Of a stretch of DNA of 64,000 nucleotides, positions 47,300 through 58,750 are shown one piece after another. Position 1 is the first letter of the stretch. Each line of letters starts with the position of its first letter. The translations under genes were made by a program, and so were the position numbers. The stretch covers positions 896,001-960,000 of the forward strand of contig CBDHDG010000007.1 in the NCBI GenBank assembly GCA_965261595.1, written 5' to 3'. A model generated the notes under the pieces. It saw only the letters and a list, made by a program, of their open reading frames with translations. It had not been told where the DNA came from and searched no databases. The stretch is from a bacterium. Lineage in GTDB: Bacteria > UBA8248 > JACPRG01 > G963555815.

Positions 47300-48310
47300 G
47301 GTACCGCAGGATCACGGCGATGCTTCGCCTTAGAGGGGTGGAAGGTGAACCCCAAGCGCGTGGAAAGGCTTTGGAGACAGGAGGGGCTGAAGGTCCCGTC
47401 TAGACAGCCGAAACGAAGGAGACTGTGGCTCCATGACGGCTGTTGCGTACGCCTGAGACCGACTCATCGGAACCATGTCTGGAGCTATGACTTCATGCAT
47501 GAGCGCACCCAAGAAGGGAGGGCTTTCCGGCTGTTAACCATTTTGGATGAGCACAGCCTTTGAATGTTGTTCCATTGATGCCCCAAGGCAGATGAATCAC
47601 CAGGATGTGCTGGAGCGGTTGGCAGAGCTGTTTGTGGGCCGGGGCGTCCCTGAATGCCTCCGGTCAGATAACGGATCGGAGTTCACGGCCAGGGTGGTCA
47701 GGGACTGGCTCAAGGCGGTTGGCGTGAGGACGTTGTACATCGAGCCAGGGAGTCCCTGGGAGAACGGATATGTGGAGAGTTTCAATGGGAAGCTGAGGGA
47801 TGAGCTCCTGGACGTGGAGGTGTTTGAGACGCTGAAGGAAGCCCGGGTGCTGGTGGAGAGGTGGAGGCGGGAGTACAACCAGCGACGGCCTCACAGCGCC
47901 TTGGCCTACCGGCCGCCTGCGCCAGAGGCCAGATTCCCAAGAACCCAAGCCCTGGCGCCGGTCCCCCGGGGTGGACTTCAAATGGTCCCGTGTCTAACGT
48001 AACAGGTGGTCTCGTTGGGGGGGGCAGGTCATCGAACCCGGTAGTCCCTGGGACAATGGGTATTGTGAGAGTTTCAATGGGAAGCTGAGAGACGAATGCC
48101 TGAATGGTGAGGTTTCTATTCGGGAGGAGGCCCAGATTGTGATTGAGCCATGGCGGGAGGAATATAACACCCGGAAACCCCACTCGGCGCTGAATGATAG
48201 GCCCCCGGCGCCGGAGGTCTGCACTCCATTCCTTCCCCCCAAACCGGTTTCACAGCCTCAGGCTGTCATGTAAACTCTCTCCCAAAAAGTGGTACAAAAA
48301 CTCGTCTGGT
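47300..48310 (+). mobile_element. IS3-family (IS407-like) orfB fragments, two partial copies
   Basis: NPKRVERLW, WSYDF, RSDNGSEF, PGSPWENGYVESFNGKLRDE; a second ESFNGKLRDE segment near 48060. Confidence 0.8.
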
Positions 48311-48850
48311 CAGCCTGACGGAACGCTTACCGGAACAGTTACGGGGCATCCAGGGGGCGGCCGTCATTCGCATCCATGTCACGCCGCAATAGTGCGCAAA
48401 TCCGATTGCGAAATGCTTACGCAACTCTCTGAAGCGCAATCGGGTGCGCTGCGAAAAATAAAGCTAGCATTTTATTGTATAATGAAAATATCGGAGATAC
48501 AACCGTAGGGCAGTTCATATATGTTCCACAAGAGTGGCCCTTGTGCAACGCGCGCATGACCTCGAAGCCCTTGATGCGGAAAAAGGAATTTCGGTTTGAT
48601 TTCTTTCTGGCACATAACGTGAAGGAAACAGAGTATTCCGAGAGGTGGAGATTATTCTTTCCAAAAGGACTTTAACCTCCCAACAAGCTCCAAAACGTAA
48701 TCAAAATAAAAATTAAACTCCTCTAAATCCACCTCAGGTCCTACGGTCAATTCAAGCGCCGAGAAACCTAGGCGATGATACTCCCGAGTATCTCCGATTT
48801 GGCCGAGCAATTTTAATGGCACCCTTTTGGCCACGAACATTGCGTTCAAG

Positions 48851-50518
48851 CCGGAATTTCCCATATCAACTTGCTTGGGTGGTTTCCGGTCCCCTTTCCC
48901 GATGAAAACCAGTTGACCCCCTTCCGATGGGTTTGTCAAGAGCCTTCCAACCCTCCGCAACAAGGTGCTGACGGCCATCGACTGCCCCAAAAGGCGGACC
49001 CTCGCCCTTCGGTCCCCTTTGTTCGCGGTTCAACCCGTTAACCAATCACCTCATGCTGCCGGGAACCCTCTGCACAAGGTTAGACCGGCACCGGCCGTAA
49101 TCGGTTGATTCGGTCCAGGATGATGGCGAACTCTTCCCTGGACACCGCTACTTCGGCCAATTGAAAGATGATCTACCGGGCGTGCCGCACAATCCTCCCG
49201 CCCATTTTGATGAGCTTGACCTGGAGGCTTCGCAGCGACCAGTGCTTGAGCCCCCTGGGCAAGGCTAGCCTGCGCAGGAAATTGCCCAGGTTGTACGCCA
49301 GGACGAAGAGAAGGAGCCGCACCTGGTTGCACACGAACCGGTGACAGGAAAGGCGTGTCCAGTTCAGGGCGTACTTGCCTTCCTTGATCCATTGCTCGGC
49401 TGTGCCTCGCTGGTTGTAGAAGTGCACGACCCCCTCGGGTCGAGCCGTCAGGTTCGTGACAATGAATCCGACGCGAGGGAAGAGTTCGCCTGAGTGCCAT
49501 TCCACCTTCGCCACGACCCGCCGGGAACGGTCCCAGCTTCCAGCCTGATACCGGAAGTCGTAATAGAAGATGATGGGTCTCTTGGGCGGGCGACCGACCG
49601 GGCGGGTGAGGAGGAAGTCGATCTCTCGCTGCACCACGTCGTTGGCGGGAAGGCGGATGGCGTAATGGAAGCTGTGCGCTTCCAGGCACTCATAGACCTC
49701 CGGGCGCGCAAAGGCGGCATCGGCTCGGAAGTAACGGCGAACACCCGCCCGCTCATACCGGGCCGCGATGGGCGAAAGCAACTCGCGCCAGCCATCGGCG
49801 CTGTGCACGTTGCCGGGGCGCAACATCGCCCCTTCGCAGTCCCCGAACTGGTTAAAGCAAAAAAGAGGGTGATAACAGGTGCAACGAAAGTGGCCGTTGT
49901 AGGCCGTACCTTCCTGCTCCCCATGGACGGGGCTTTCCGAGCTGTCCATGTCCAGGATGATTCGCTGATGGGGTGAGTGTGCCATGGTCCGGTCCACCCA
50001 CTCCCGGTTCAGCTCGCTCCGGCCCCTTGAGATTCTCCTCCCTGGTGAGAACCTCGGTCTCGAACCGGCTCAGGGTGTTGGCGCCCGCCGCCTGCTTCTC
50101 AAGCGCTCGGCGGCCGACCACGGCTTGCATCGCGGGGTCCTGGGCCAACCGCTCGGCATCGTTGGTGTCTTCATACCCTGCCAAGCGGCTATAGACCGAC
50201 TGGCGCAATAGCGGCGCCAACTCATGCTGGATGTTCCGGCCATGACGGATCTCTTGCAATTGCACTGGCGCTCTCACCGTCAAACCCAGCGCATCATCCA
50301 GCTCCCGGCAGGCCAGCAATCCCGCATCCAAAGTGATTCTGGTTCCGTGAAACTCAAGCCTCAGCCGACGGTCAAAACGGATCTTCAAAGCCCCCTTCTT
50401 CGCTTCACCCATTGGGTCCCCTCGCAAGATGATGGCAGGGGGAGGCCAACACCTTGATCTTACATGAGAAAACGGCATTCGGTCCGACAAAACTTATGAT
50501 CCATATGGGAAATGCGGG
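48851..50518 (-). mobile_element. IS1380-family element, full length but transposase broken (frameshift near 50020, TAG at 49173)
   Basis: IRs CCGGAATTTCCCATAT / CCCGCATTTCCCATAT; LDMDS, RADAAF, YNQRGTAEQWIKEGK. Confidence 0.92.
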
Positions 50519-50545
50519 CTTGATCGTCCCGTAGGCCAGAATCAT

Positions 50546-51208
50546 CTAGTCGTCCCCGGTGGCCCCAAACTCGGGGTGCAGGGGACCCACCAGCAGACCG
50601 TCCTCCTTATTGAAGAACATCCGTCGATTCGCCCGCTTGGCGAGCAGCCGGGGCCGGTCGATCACCGTGCTCTCGATCTGCACGATGACCGCGCCGATAA
50701 GCGCTACTACTAGGTTGGAATCTCTGTCACTCGAGTTCCATACGACCCTCACGTCGCCGGTCCAGAGTGTCGTGCCCGAAGGGACGTCGACCAGCCGTCC
50801 CTTGACCGACACCACCGTCTTGGAATTCACCACTTGGTATTTCTGACCCCAGTCGACGATCGTGATGTACAGAACCGCATCCGCACCGATGATCTCGTCG
50901 ATCTTGTTCAACGAGACGCCGTGCATCTCGCCGGCGGTCGGTAGCCCGTTGTCCTTCATGTATTCCTCAACGACCGACACCGGAAAAATGTAGTACCCGC
51001 GTTCGGCAACAGGCTTCGTGACTGTGGTCAGGTAGGAGTAGGGTGCACTCACCTCCACCGATTCGTTGAGCGGCGGCAGCACGAGAATCGAACGCGGCAT
51101 GTGTTCCCGGTAGGTGGAGTAGTCGTACGACGGCTCAGATACGGGTCCCGTGCACCCCATCACTCCCGACAGCAGGAACCCCGAGAAGAGGATGCGTTTC
51201 GAGCTCAC
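50546..51208 (-). CDS. DUF799/GNA1162-family lipoprotein
   Basis: Lipobox VMGC, PRSILVLPPLNES, GYYIFPV, GADAVLYITI. Confidence 0.85.
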   Translation of the reverse strand: MSSKRILFSGFLLSGVMGCTGPVSEPSYDYSTYREHMPRSILVLPPLNESVEVSAPYSYLTTVTKPVAERGYYIFPVSVVEEYMKDNGLPTAGEMHGVSLNKIDEIIGADAVLYITIVDWGQKYQVVNSKTVVSVKGRLVDVPSGTTLWTGDVRVVWNSSDRDSNLVVALIGAVIVQIESTVIDRPRLLAKRANRRMFFNKEDGLLVGPLHPEFGATGDD

Positions 51209-51570
51209 TGCGATTTCCGCCTTATGCGGGAGAGGAGGCGGTTGATGAAGGTTGCCGATTCCGGAAAGAGCTCCCGCTCGCGCTCGAAGTGAGCACGTGC
51301 AGATTCCAAGTCGCCCAATTTGTAGTGGAGAAAGCCCAGATGGGCGTGGACACCCGGTGGCACCCGCTTGTCCTCGGCCTGGGTGCGTGCGATGTCTTCG
51401 CCGAGGCGTTGCGCCTGAGTGGCCGGATCGGCCTCACCCGGCTTGGCATACGAGAGGTACATGAGGTCCTCGTAGATGCCCCACCGGTACACGGTGGTTT
51501 CTGGTGGTGATGCGCACCCCGCGAGAACCACGATGCATGCGCTGACGCCCACGAGGAGACGACGGCTCAT
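51205..51570 (-). CDS. DUF4810-family lipoprotein
   Basis: Lipobox LAGC, Y.WG.Y, VPPGVHAHLG, E.ELFPES. Confidence 0.85.
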   Translation of the reverse strand: MSRRLLVGVSACIVVLAGCASPPETTVYRWGIYEDLMYLSYAKPGEADPATQAQRLGEDIARTQAEDKRVPPGVHAHLGFLHYKLGDLESARAHFERERELFPESATFINRLLSRIRRKSQ

Positions 51571-52289
51571 CGTTCCGGAGTCGGCGACCACTCGCCTCGT
51601 TGGAGTCCATCGACCAGATTGTCCACGGCCTCGACAATCGCCAAGTTCAACACCTTGCCGTTCAGCGTGGAATCGTAGCCTGCTGTGCCTCCGAAGCCAG
51701 CAATCTCTCGGTTGGAGAGCGCGAACTCGCCGGCCCCCTGAGATGAGTACACGACTTCCGAGGTGCGCACGTCAACGACGTTGAGCGCGACCTTCGCATA
51801 GGCAACCTGTTGCTTGCCTGCCCCCAGAATTCCGAATAGTTGGCGGTCGCCCGTAGTCTTGCGGCCGAATTCGGTGACGTCGCCGGTGATGGCGACCTGT
51901 GCGCCCTTCAGCGCCTGTTGCGTCCCGCCGATATCCGCCTCTTGCTGAAGCACGGCCATGTTGTCCCGGTCGACCACGACGAAGCGTCCAGTCTGCTGGA
52001 GATGAGTCTTGAGGATGGTCTTCGCCTGGCTGCCCAGCCGGTCGCCCCCTTCGGAGAAAATCCCCTGCATATAGGTCGAGCGATTCTCGAAGTTCCCGAT
52101 CACGAGAGTATGGCGAGACCCGCCAAAGGCGGTATCCGCCGAACGGGTAGTCTGCGCCTCAAGTGTTCTGGACGACTCGGTCGCGCAGCCTGAGAGGTGC
52201 ATCCAGAGAGCCGCCGCGAGGATGCTCGCGGCGGTCCGCGAAACACGGAGCCGATTGGCCTTGCACCATATAAGTATATTCACTAACAT
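51567..52289 (-). CDS. CsgG/HfaB-family lipoprotein
   Basis: Lipobox LSGC, F.NRS, HLQQTGRF.VVDR, TGDVTEFGR; 4-bp overlaps through the operon. Confidence 0.85.
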   Translation of the reverse strand: MLVNILIWCKANRLRVSRTAASILAAALWMHLSGCATESSRTLEAQTTRSADTAFGGSRHTLVIGNFENRSTYMQGIFSEGGDRLGSQAKTILKTHLQQTGRFVVVDRDNMAVLQQEADIGGTQQALKGAQVAITGDVTEFGRKTTGDRQLFGILGAGKQQVAYAKVALNVVDVRTSEVVYSSQGAGEFALSNREIAGFGGTAGYDSTLNGKVLNLAIVEAVDNLVDGLQRGEWSPTPER

Positions 52290-52534
52290 CCTCGTCCCGT
52301 TATGTCCGCAGGATCCTCGCTTGCCTTCACCGACGCCCAGAACTCGCGCTGCGACAGTACTCTGTATCAGGCCCTTGAGCCCATCGGTGTACGATATACA
52401 TAAGACTTATAGTGTATTTGAATACCTGAAAAAAAAACAATCGGAGTCTTGTCCCATGAGACATGAGCCTGAACGGTAGGAGCGAATCCCACGAGAGATG
52501 AGCCTGAACAAGGGGATTTTGGGATCATCGGAGG

Positions 52535-52755
52535 ATGATCTTGAAACTGGACATCGGACGGGTGCGGACCATAGACGAGGTTCGCGATTTCATGGCCGGC
52601 AGCGACGCGGTTGACTTTCACCTCACCGACCGGCGGGGGGCGTACGACTTCGTGACGCGGACCCTGAGGCGGCTGAACTACGCCGGGTCGACCAAGGCGC
52701 GGACAAGGGGGTCGTGCGTCGCTTTGTGGCGAAGGTCACGGGGTTGTCGCGGGCA
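52535..52755 (+). pseudogene. transposase/integrase N-terminal fragment
   Basis: R..AYDFV..TLRR..Y and, after a frameshift, AKVTGLSR, as in uncharacterised DDE transposases. Confidence 0.5.
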
Positions 52756-52881
52756 TCCAATGAGTGACAAGCAGAACTGTTGCATTCGGAAGCCCGTCTT
52801 TGGGCGAGGGACGGGTGTTCTCATTTCCCATTCTCGTGCTGCGCTTGCGCGAGAGAAACGGAATCCCGTCACGTTGCGGAG

Positions 52882-53110
52882 TGGAGTTGGCCCCATTTCG
52901 GTGGACACTTTCGCACTGTGCGCAGGAGGTGTTCAGATGACAAAGACTCATTCCCCTTACGCGCCGGCGTAACGGCGCCAGATGGTCGAGCGGGTCCGCG
53001 CGGGGCGCAAGCCCGGGGAGCTGGCTCGGGAGTTCGAGTGTTCCGCTTCGGCGATTCGCAACTGGGTGCGCCAGGCCGACCGCGACGAAGGCCGTCGTGA
53101 GGACGGTCTG
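52882..53110 (+). mobile_element. IS3 left-end fragment related to the element at 45723-47134
   Basis: TGGAGTTGGCCCC..GTGGACAC end; orfA M.KTHSPYAP with premature TAA. Confidence 0.85.
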
Positions 53111-53225
53111 TGGAGTTCGGGGCGTGGAGGAGCTCGGGCGGATCGTTTTTCGTGAATGGAGCCGTGCGGCGGGCCGCGGTGCGGGGATGTCGGAATCAGG
53201 GTCCCGGGAGCGATAATCGAAAAGC

Positions 53226-56200
53226 GTAACCGTTCGGCCGGGCCGTGATGGGCACAGCGTTGGAAGCATCGTCTACATTGGATGGAATCTTCCCAAGACA
53301 CTGGTAACGCGATTCGGCATGTGGTATTCATGTCGACATGACGATTCGCGCAGAAGTTGCTCAAGCGGAACTTTCGTTGGTCGAGAGGCCAGATGTCCGA
53401 TGGCCTCTTCCCCCCAAGACGTCCTCATGCAGGGAGTCGGACTGGCGTTCGCTGTTCAAGCGCGAACGGGCGCGGGCGGAGGCGCGCTGCGAGGAGTTGC
53501 GGTGGGCGGAGGTGGATTCCCGCGCCCGGGCGGGTTCGCTGAAGTGGCGACTCGACGCCTGCCGGAGCAAGCTGAAGGCGGCCGTGGAGGAGACGAAGGA
53601 AGTCCGCCGAGCGGCGCAGGACGCCCTTTCCTTGCAGGCGGAAGTGGCGCGGCTGGAGAAGCGCCTTTCGGAAGCCAGGGTCAAGTCGGCCGGGGGCCGC
53701 TCGGGCGCGTCGCCGTCGGGGGAGGCCGCCCGGCTGCGCAAGGAGGCGGTCCGGCTGACCAGGGAAGTCGCCCGGCTGGAGGACCGGCTGGCCCGGGAGA
53801 CGCAGGCGTCGGAGACCGACAAGGAGACCATCAGGTGGCAGGGCCGCGAGGTCATTGGGCTCCATGCGGAGTTGAGGCGATTGCGCGACCAGGCGGAGGC
53901 GGTCAAGTCGTTGTCCGGGGAGGTCTACCGTCTGGGGGTCGCCCTGGAAGTCGCCGGATCCGCGAAGGAGCGGCTGAAGGCCCGGCTTTTGCGCGCGAGC
54001 GAGGCGGCGCGGTCGAGGTCGCCGTCGCGTGAGGACGCTGAACTGCGCAAGGCCCTGGGGAGGTCGCGCCGCCAGAAGACGGCGCTCAGGTCCCTATCCA
54101 GGGAGAACGCCCGGCTACGCAAAGCCGTGAATGCATCGCAGAGCCGGAACGAGACGCTGGAAGCGCAGCTTGCGAAGCTTCGTGCGAGCGGGGCGGTGCT
54201 GTCGAAGGCGCTGTTCGGGCGCAGGAGCGAACAGCAGGAGCGAACAGCAGGAGAGGCCGCGCTCTGAGCCGCCGGGCATGGCCGCACCCTGCGGCCCGCG
54301 CTCGAGGAGAGGACGGAAGAGCGCAATCCGCCGGCCGAGGCATGCGTCTGTGGCCGATGCGGGAAGCCCTACGTGGCCAACGGCGCCGAGGTCTCCACCA
54401 TCGTCGAGATCGAAGTCTCGGCTCACAAACGCGTCATCCGCCGTCCGCGATGGCGCCGGAGGTGCGACTGCGCGTCCTCACCCACCGAAGTGTCGGCGCT
54501 CCCGGCACCGCGCCTGTTCGCAGGCACGCCCTGCGGGACCAGCGTGTGGGCGCGGTTCCTGTTCGAGCGCTATGCCTGCTTCCGTCCCCTGCGCCGGGTC
54601 GCCTCGTGGCTGTCCGCCATGGTGATGAGACTACCTGGCGCGTGCAGTCGCTTCGCGAGGAGAGCCGCTCGAGCCGGGCTTGGCTGTGGACCTCGGTCAG
54701 CGAGGACGCGGTCTACTTCCACGTTGACCCCTCGCGCGGTGCGGAGGTCGCGAGGAAGCTGTTCGGAACGGCCGGCCTCCATACGGTCATCGTCTGCGAC
54801 CGCTACAGCGCCTACAAGAAGATGGCGCGCATTCCCGGGGGCCTGGTGACCCTCGCTTGGTGCTGGAGTCATATGCGGAGAGATTTTATCCACTGCGCGG
54901 CCGGCGAGGTGCGGCTGACGCGGTGGTGCCGGAGATGGATCGAGCGGATCGCACTGATCTATCGCCTGAACGAGGCTCGCCTGGCCCATTACGACCCCGG
55001 CCGCGACCGGCAGAGCGCGGCGTTCGACGCGGCGCAGGCCGCGCTGAAGAAAGCGCTCGACGGCCTGTTCGCGGAAGCCGGGCGGGAGTTGGCCTCCTTG
55101 CCGGAGAACGCGCGCGAGGGCAAGGCGTTGCGCTCGCTGCTGAACCATCGCGAGGGCTTGAGCGTCTTCGTCGACCGCCCGCAGACGCCGATGGACAACA
55201 ACGCCGCCGAGCGCGCGCTGAGGGGACCGGTGATCGGGAGACGGCTCTCGTTCGGCTCCGACCGCGAGACCGGCGCCCGGTTCACGGCGATGATGTACTC
55301 GGTCCTCGGTACCCTCGCGCCGGGCGGCATCGACCCTCTCCGCTGGCTGGAGGCATGGCTGGCGGCATGTGCGGAGAGAGGCGGCCGGGCGCCTGAGGAC
55401 CTCTCGCCGTGGCTGCCCTGGTCGATGGGCGCGGAGCGCAGGCGCGCCCTCATGGCGCCGGGATGACGTCATGATCGAGTGCCGCTATTACGGACGCGAC
55501 TTCACCACCGAAGAGATGACGCTCCTGCGCGCGCTGATCGCCGGTCCTCCGGCGCTGAACCGCCACGCGCTCTCGAAGGAGTTCTGCCGGCGCATCGGCT
55601 GGCGCAAGCCCGACGGCGGGCTCAAGGACATGATGGCCAGGGTGACCATGCTGGCCATGCACAAAGACGGCCTGATCGCCCTGCCGCCGCCGAAGTGGCG
55701 GCAGAACCGGCCCGGGCTGATCGTCTTCGGTCCGGAGACCGAACCACCACCGGTCCCGGCGCCGGCCACCCTGGAGGAGGTCCGCCCGCTCGACATGCAG
55801 ATCGTCGTGCGCGGCACCGCCGGGGGCAAGCGGTGGAACGAGTTCGTCGCCCGTTACCACTATCTCGGCTACAGGACCCTCGTCGGCGCCCAGATGCGCT
55901 ACGCCGTCCACGACCGCAACGGTTGCCCCATCGCCATGCTCGGCTTCTCCACCGCCGCGTGGAAGCTGGCCTCTCGAGACCGCTTCATCGGTTGGACGCC
56001 CGGGCTGCGCGAGAAGAACCTCCCCCTCGTGGTCGACAACCCGAGGTTCCTCATCCTGCCCTGGATCAAGATCCCCAACCTCGGTTCGCACATCCTCGCC
56101 ATCGTCCGCCGTCGCCTGCCCCAGGACTGGGCCGAGCGCTACAACACCACCCCCGTGCTCATCGAAACCTTCGTCGAGACCCCCCGTTACACCGGCGCCG

Positions 56201-56378
56201 TCTACAGGGCATCGGGATGGACCCACGTCGGAACCACCCAGGGACGCGGACGCTACGACAGGTACACGAGACGCGCCCAACCGAAAAAGGATATCTGGCT
56301 CCGCCCCCTCAAAAAAAATTGGAAACGAACCCTCAACAGCTAAATTACCCCCCCATCACGGCCCGTCCGAACGGTTAC
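53226..56378 (+). mobile_element. IS66-like element: frameshifted transposase (53338-55466) plus a passenger gene
   Basis: 27-bp IRs GTAACCGTTCGGCCGGGCCGTGATGGG / CCCATCACGGCCCGTCCGAACGGTTAC; FGRRSE, zinc-finger remnant, DET, CDRYSAY, CWSH.RR.F, DNNAAERALR. Confidence 0.88.
55471..56343 (+). CDS. DUF4338 (DruA-like domain) protein
   Basis: YHYLGY, RDRFIGW, RFLILPW, NLGSHIL, ETFVE, G..YRASGW..VG.TQGRG. Confidence 0.85.
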   Translation: MIECRYYGRDFTTEEMTLLRALIAGPPALNRHALSKEFCRRIGWRKPDGGLKDMMARVTMLAMHKDGLIALPPPKWRQNRPGLIVFGPETEPPPVPAPATLEEVRPLDMQIVVRGTAGGKRWNEFVARYHYLGYRTLVGAQMRYAVHDRNGCPIAMLGFSTAAWKLASRDRFIGWTPGLREKNLPLVVDNPRFLILPWIKIPNLGSHILAIVRRRLPQDWAERYNTTPVLIETFVETPRYTGAVYRASGWTHVGTTQGRGRYDRYTRRAQPKKDIWLRPLKKNWKRTLNS

Positions 56379-56550
56379 CGACAGGGACTCGCCGAGATGC
56401 GCAGGAGTTTTAACGAATCCGCTTTCATTTTGATTACGGACTGCAGAAGGCAGGTTCCGAATGAGATTGGAAATTATGTATATTCTCAATAATATCAATA
56501 GTATAATAGGATCTCACGGCTGGAAAGAACGGCTTTACGGCTGAATCAAG

Positions 56551-56953
56551 ATGCAAAACGTCGTGAAGAAGGTCCGAAAGCGCAACCAGGAGGCGGTGGT
56601 CTCGGGCGCACAAAGGATCTACGAGGCCCACAGCCGCCGGGCGGCCATCGCCGCCTTTTGGCGATGTGCCAAGCAGTGGCGAGGGCGGGAGCCCAAGGCG
56701 GTGGCGTGCATCGAGAGCGACCTCGAGACGTTGTTGGCCCACTTCCAAGAGCCCCCCGCCCTTCGGGTCACCCTGCGCACGATAAACCCCATTGAGCGGG
56801 TCTTTCGGGAGGTGAGACGAAGAACCAGACCCATGACCGTCATGAACAACAACGAGTCCCTGGAACGCGTCGCCTACAGCGTGTTCCACCGCATTAACAC
56901 CTAGTGGGAGACAAACCCTCTCTGCACTTCTACACAAAACTCGTGACATTACC
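56551..56953 (+). mobile_element. IS256-family 3' remnant
   Basis: LRTINPIERVFREVRRRT; end TACACAAAACTCGTGACATTACC. Confidence 0.75.
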
Positions 56954-57205
56954 TTCGACAACCACGGATTTCACAGATGGGCGCGGATTCTTGCCACCCT
57001 CGATCATATCCGACCCCATCCATTTCCCGCACCGAACACCATGGCGGCGTAAGCCAAAAGCCAAGCATTCAGTATGGTGTCTCTGGAATCCCACAGGTTC
57101 CCTTGACGGGAAGCAAAAATTGTCTTATTGTCTGATCATCATTCAATATGGAAGAACCCCGCAATCCGGGGATCTTCTTTTTTCCGTGTGGGGGGATCGA
57201 GGGTC

Positions 57206-58750
57206 TTGAAATCTCTATCCGAGGAGTTGCGGGGCCGCATCGAAAAGGCCCGCCTGGGCGGCGGCCACGAGGCTGTCAAGCGGCAGCACGACCGCGGCAA
57301 GATGACCGCCCGAGAGCGCGTCGCTTTCCTCCTCGACGAGGGAAGCTTCACCGAGCTGGACGCCTTCACCGAGTCGCGCGCCACCGATTTCGGGATGGAT
57401 CGGCGCCGCACCCCCGGCGACGGGGTCGTGACAGGGTCCGGGCGGATCGACGGGAGCCTCGTCTACCTCTACTCGCAGGACTTCACCGCCCTGGGCGGGT
57501 CGCTGGGCGAGATGCACGCCGAGAAGATCTGCCGCGTCATGGACCTGGCGGTGAGCGCCGGGCGTCCCTTCATCCAGATAAACGACTCGGGCGGCGCCCG
57601 GATTCACGAGGGGGTCAGCTCCCTCAACGGTTACGGGAAAATCTTCCGGCGAAACACCCTCGCGTCGGGCGTCATCCCGCAAATCGCCGTCATCCTGGGG
57701 CCCTGCGCCGGGGGGGCGGTCTACTCGCCGGCCATCTGTGATTTTGTCTTCATGGTCCCGGGCGTCAGCCACATGTTCGTCACCGGCCCGGACGTGATCA
57801 AGACCGTCACGGGCGAAGACATCACCTTCGACGACCTGGGGGGCGCGGGGGTGCACGGCGGCGTAAGCGGCGTCGCCCACTTCATCCCGGCCAACGAAAA
57901 GGAATGCCTCCTGACGGTCAAGAAGCTTCTGAGCTTTTTGCCCTCGAACAACGCGGACGACCCCCCACGGAGCGAATCGCCCGATTTTCCGCCCCTGGAG
58001 AACGAGGCCCTGGACAACCTCATTCCCATTCGGCAGACGGAGCCTTACGACGTTCACGACCTGATCGATGGGGTCTTCGACCACGGCGACTTCCTCGAAG
58101 TGCAGCCGGATTTCGCCCGAAATGTCGTGGTGGGTTTCGCCCGCCTCGGCGGGTCACCGGTCGGCGTGATCGCCAACCAACCGGCGTTCCTGGCCGGCGT
58201 GATGGACATCGACTCCTCGGACAAGGTCGCCCGGATGGTCCGCCTGTGCGACAGCTTCAATCTGCCGGTCATCACATTCGTGGATGTCCCGGGATTCCTC
58301 CCCGGCGCCCAGCAGGAGTTCGGCGGGATCATCCGCCACGGGGCCAAGGTCCTGTTCGCCTATTCCGAGGCGACGGTTCCCAAAATCAGCCTCATCGTCC
58401 GCAAGGCGTACGGCGGGGCGTATATCGCCTTCGCGAACCGCGACATGGGGTTCGACCGGGTGCTGGCCTATCCGACGGCGGAGGTGGCCGTGATGGGGCC
58501 CGAGGGGGCGGCCAACGTCATTTTCCGGCGCGAGATCGCCGACGCCGAGGACTCGGAAGCCAAGCGGCAGGAGTTGATCGAGGATTTCCGCAAGAAGTTC
58601 TGCACGCCTTACTCGGCGGCCGCCCTGGGCTTCGTGGATTCGATCATCGAGCCGCGGCACACCCGCCGGGCGCTCATGAGCGCCCTGGAGATGCTCCAGG
58701 GAAAACGCGAGAGCCGCCCGCGGAAAAAACACGGGAATATCCCTTTGTGA
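57206..58750 (+). CDS. acyl-CoA carboxyltransferase (methylmalonyl-CoA decarboxylase alpha / PccB-like)
   Basis: GK.TARER, DSGGARI.EG, GPCAGGAVYSPA, DVPGFLPG, RKAYGGAY, KKHGNIPL. Confidence 0.92.
   Translation: MKSLSEELRGRIEKARLGGGHEAVKRQHDRGKMTARERVAFLLDEGSFTELDAFTESRATDFGMDRRRTPGDGVVTGSGRIDGSLVYLYSQDFTALGGSLGEMHAEKICRVMDLAVSAGRPFIQINDSGGARIHEGVSSLNGYGKIFRRNTLASGVIPQIAVILGPCAGGAVYSPAICDFVFMVPGVSHMFVTGPDVIKTVTGEDITFDDLGGAGVHGGVSGVAHFIPANEKECLLTVKKLLSFLPSNNADDPPRSESPDFPPLENEALDNLIPIRQTEPYDVHDLIDGVFDHGDFLEVQPDFARNVVVGFARLGGSPVGVIANQPAFLAGVMDIDSSDKVARMVRLCDSFNLPVITFVDVPGFLPGAQQEFGGIIRHGAKVLFAYSEATVPKISLIVRKAYGGAYIAFANRDMGFDRVLAYPTAEVAVMGPEGAANVIFRREIADAEDSEAKRQELIEDFRKKFCTPYSAAALGFVDSIIEPRHTRRALMSALEMLQGKRESRPRKKHGNIPL

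Larger units (their letters stand above)
27435..56953. mobile_element. degenerate tRNA-Ser-anchored genomic island (phage remnant, defence genes, IS debris); right boundary approximate
   Basis: Begins right after the tRNA CCA; contains no core genes; many broken genes; intact metabolic genes resume at 57206. Confidence 0.75.

Noticed and set aside
48652..48850. AT-rich ORF end next to IS1380
   Set aside because: Probably the 3' stub of an interrupted gene; too short to assign, and its 5' part is not evident beyond 50518.
51567..52289. Curli secretion system
   Set aside because: No csgA/B/E/F; the context is the DUF4810-DUF799 trio.
55471..56343. Druantia defence system
   Set aside because: Only a DUF4338 gene inside IS ends; no DruE helicase or other Dru genes.
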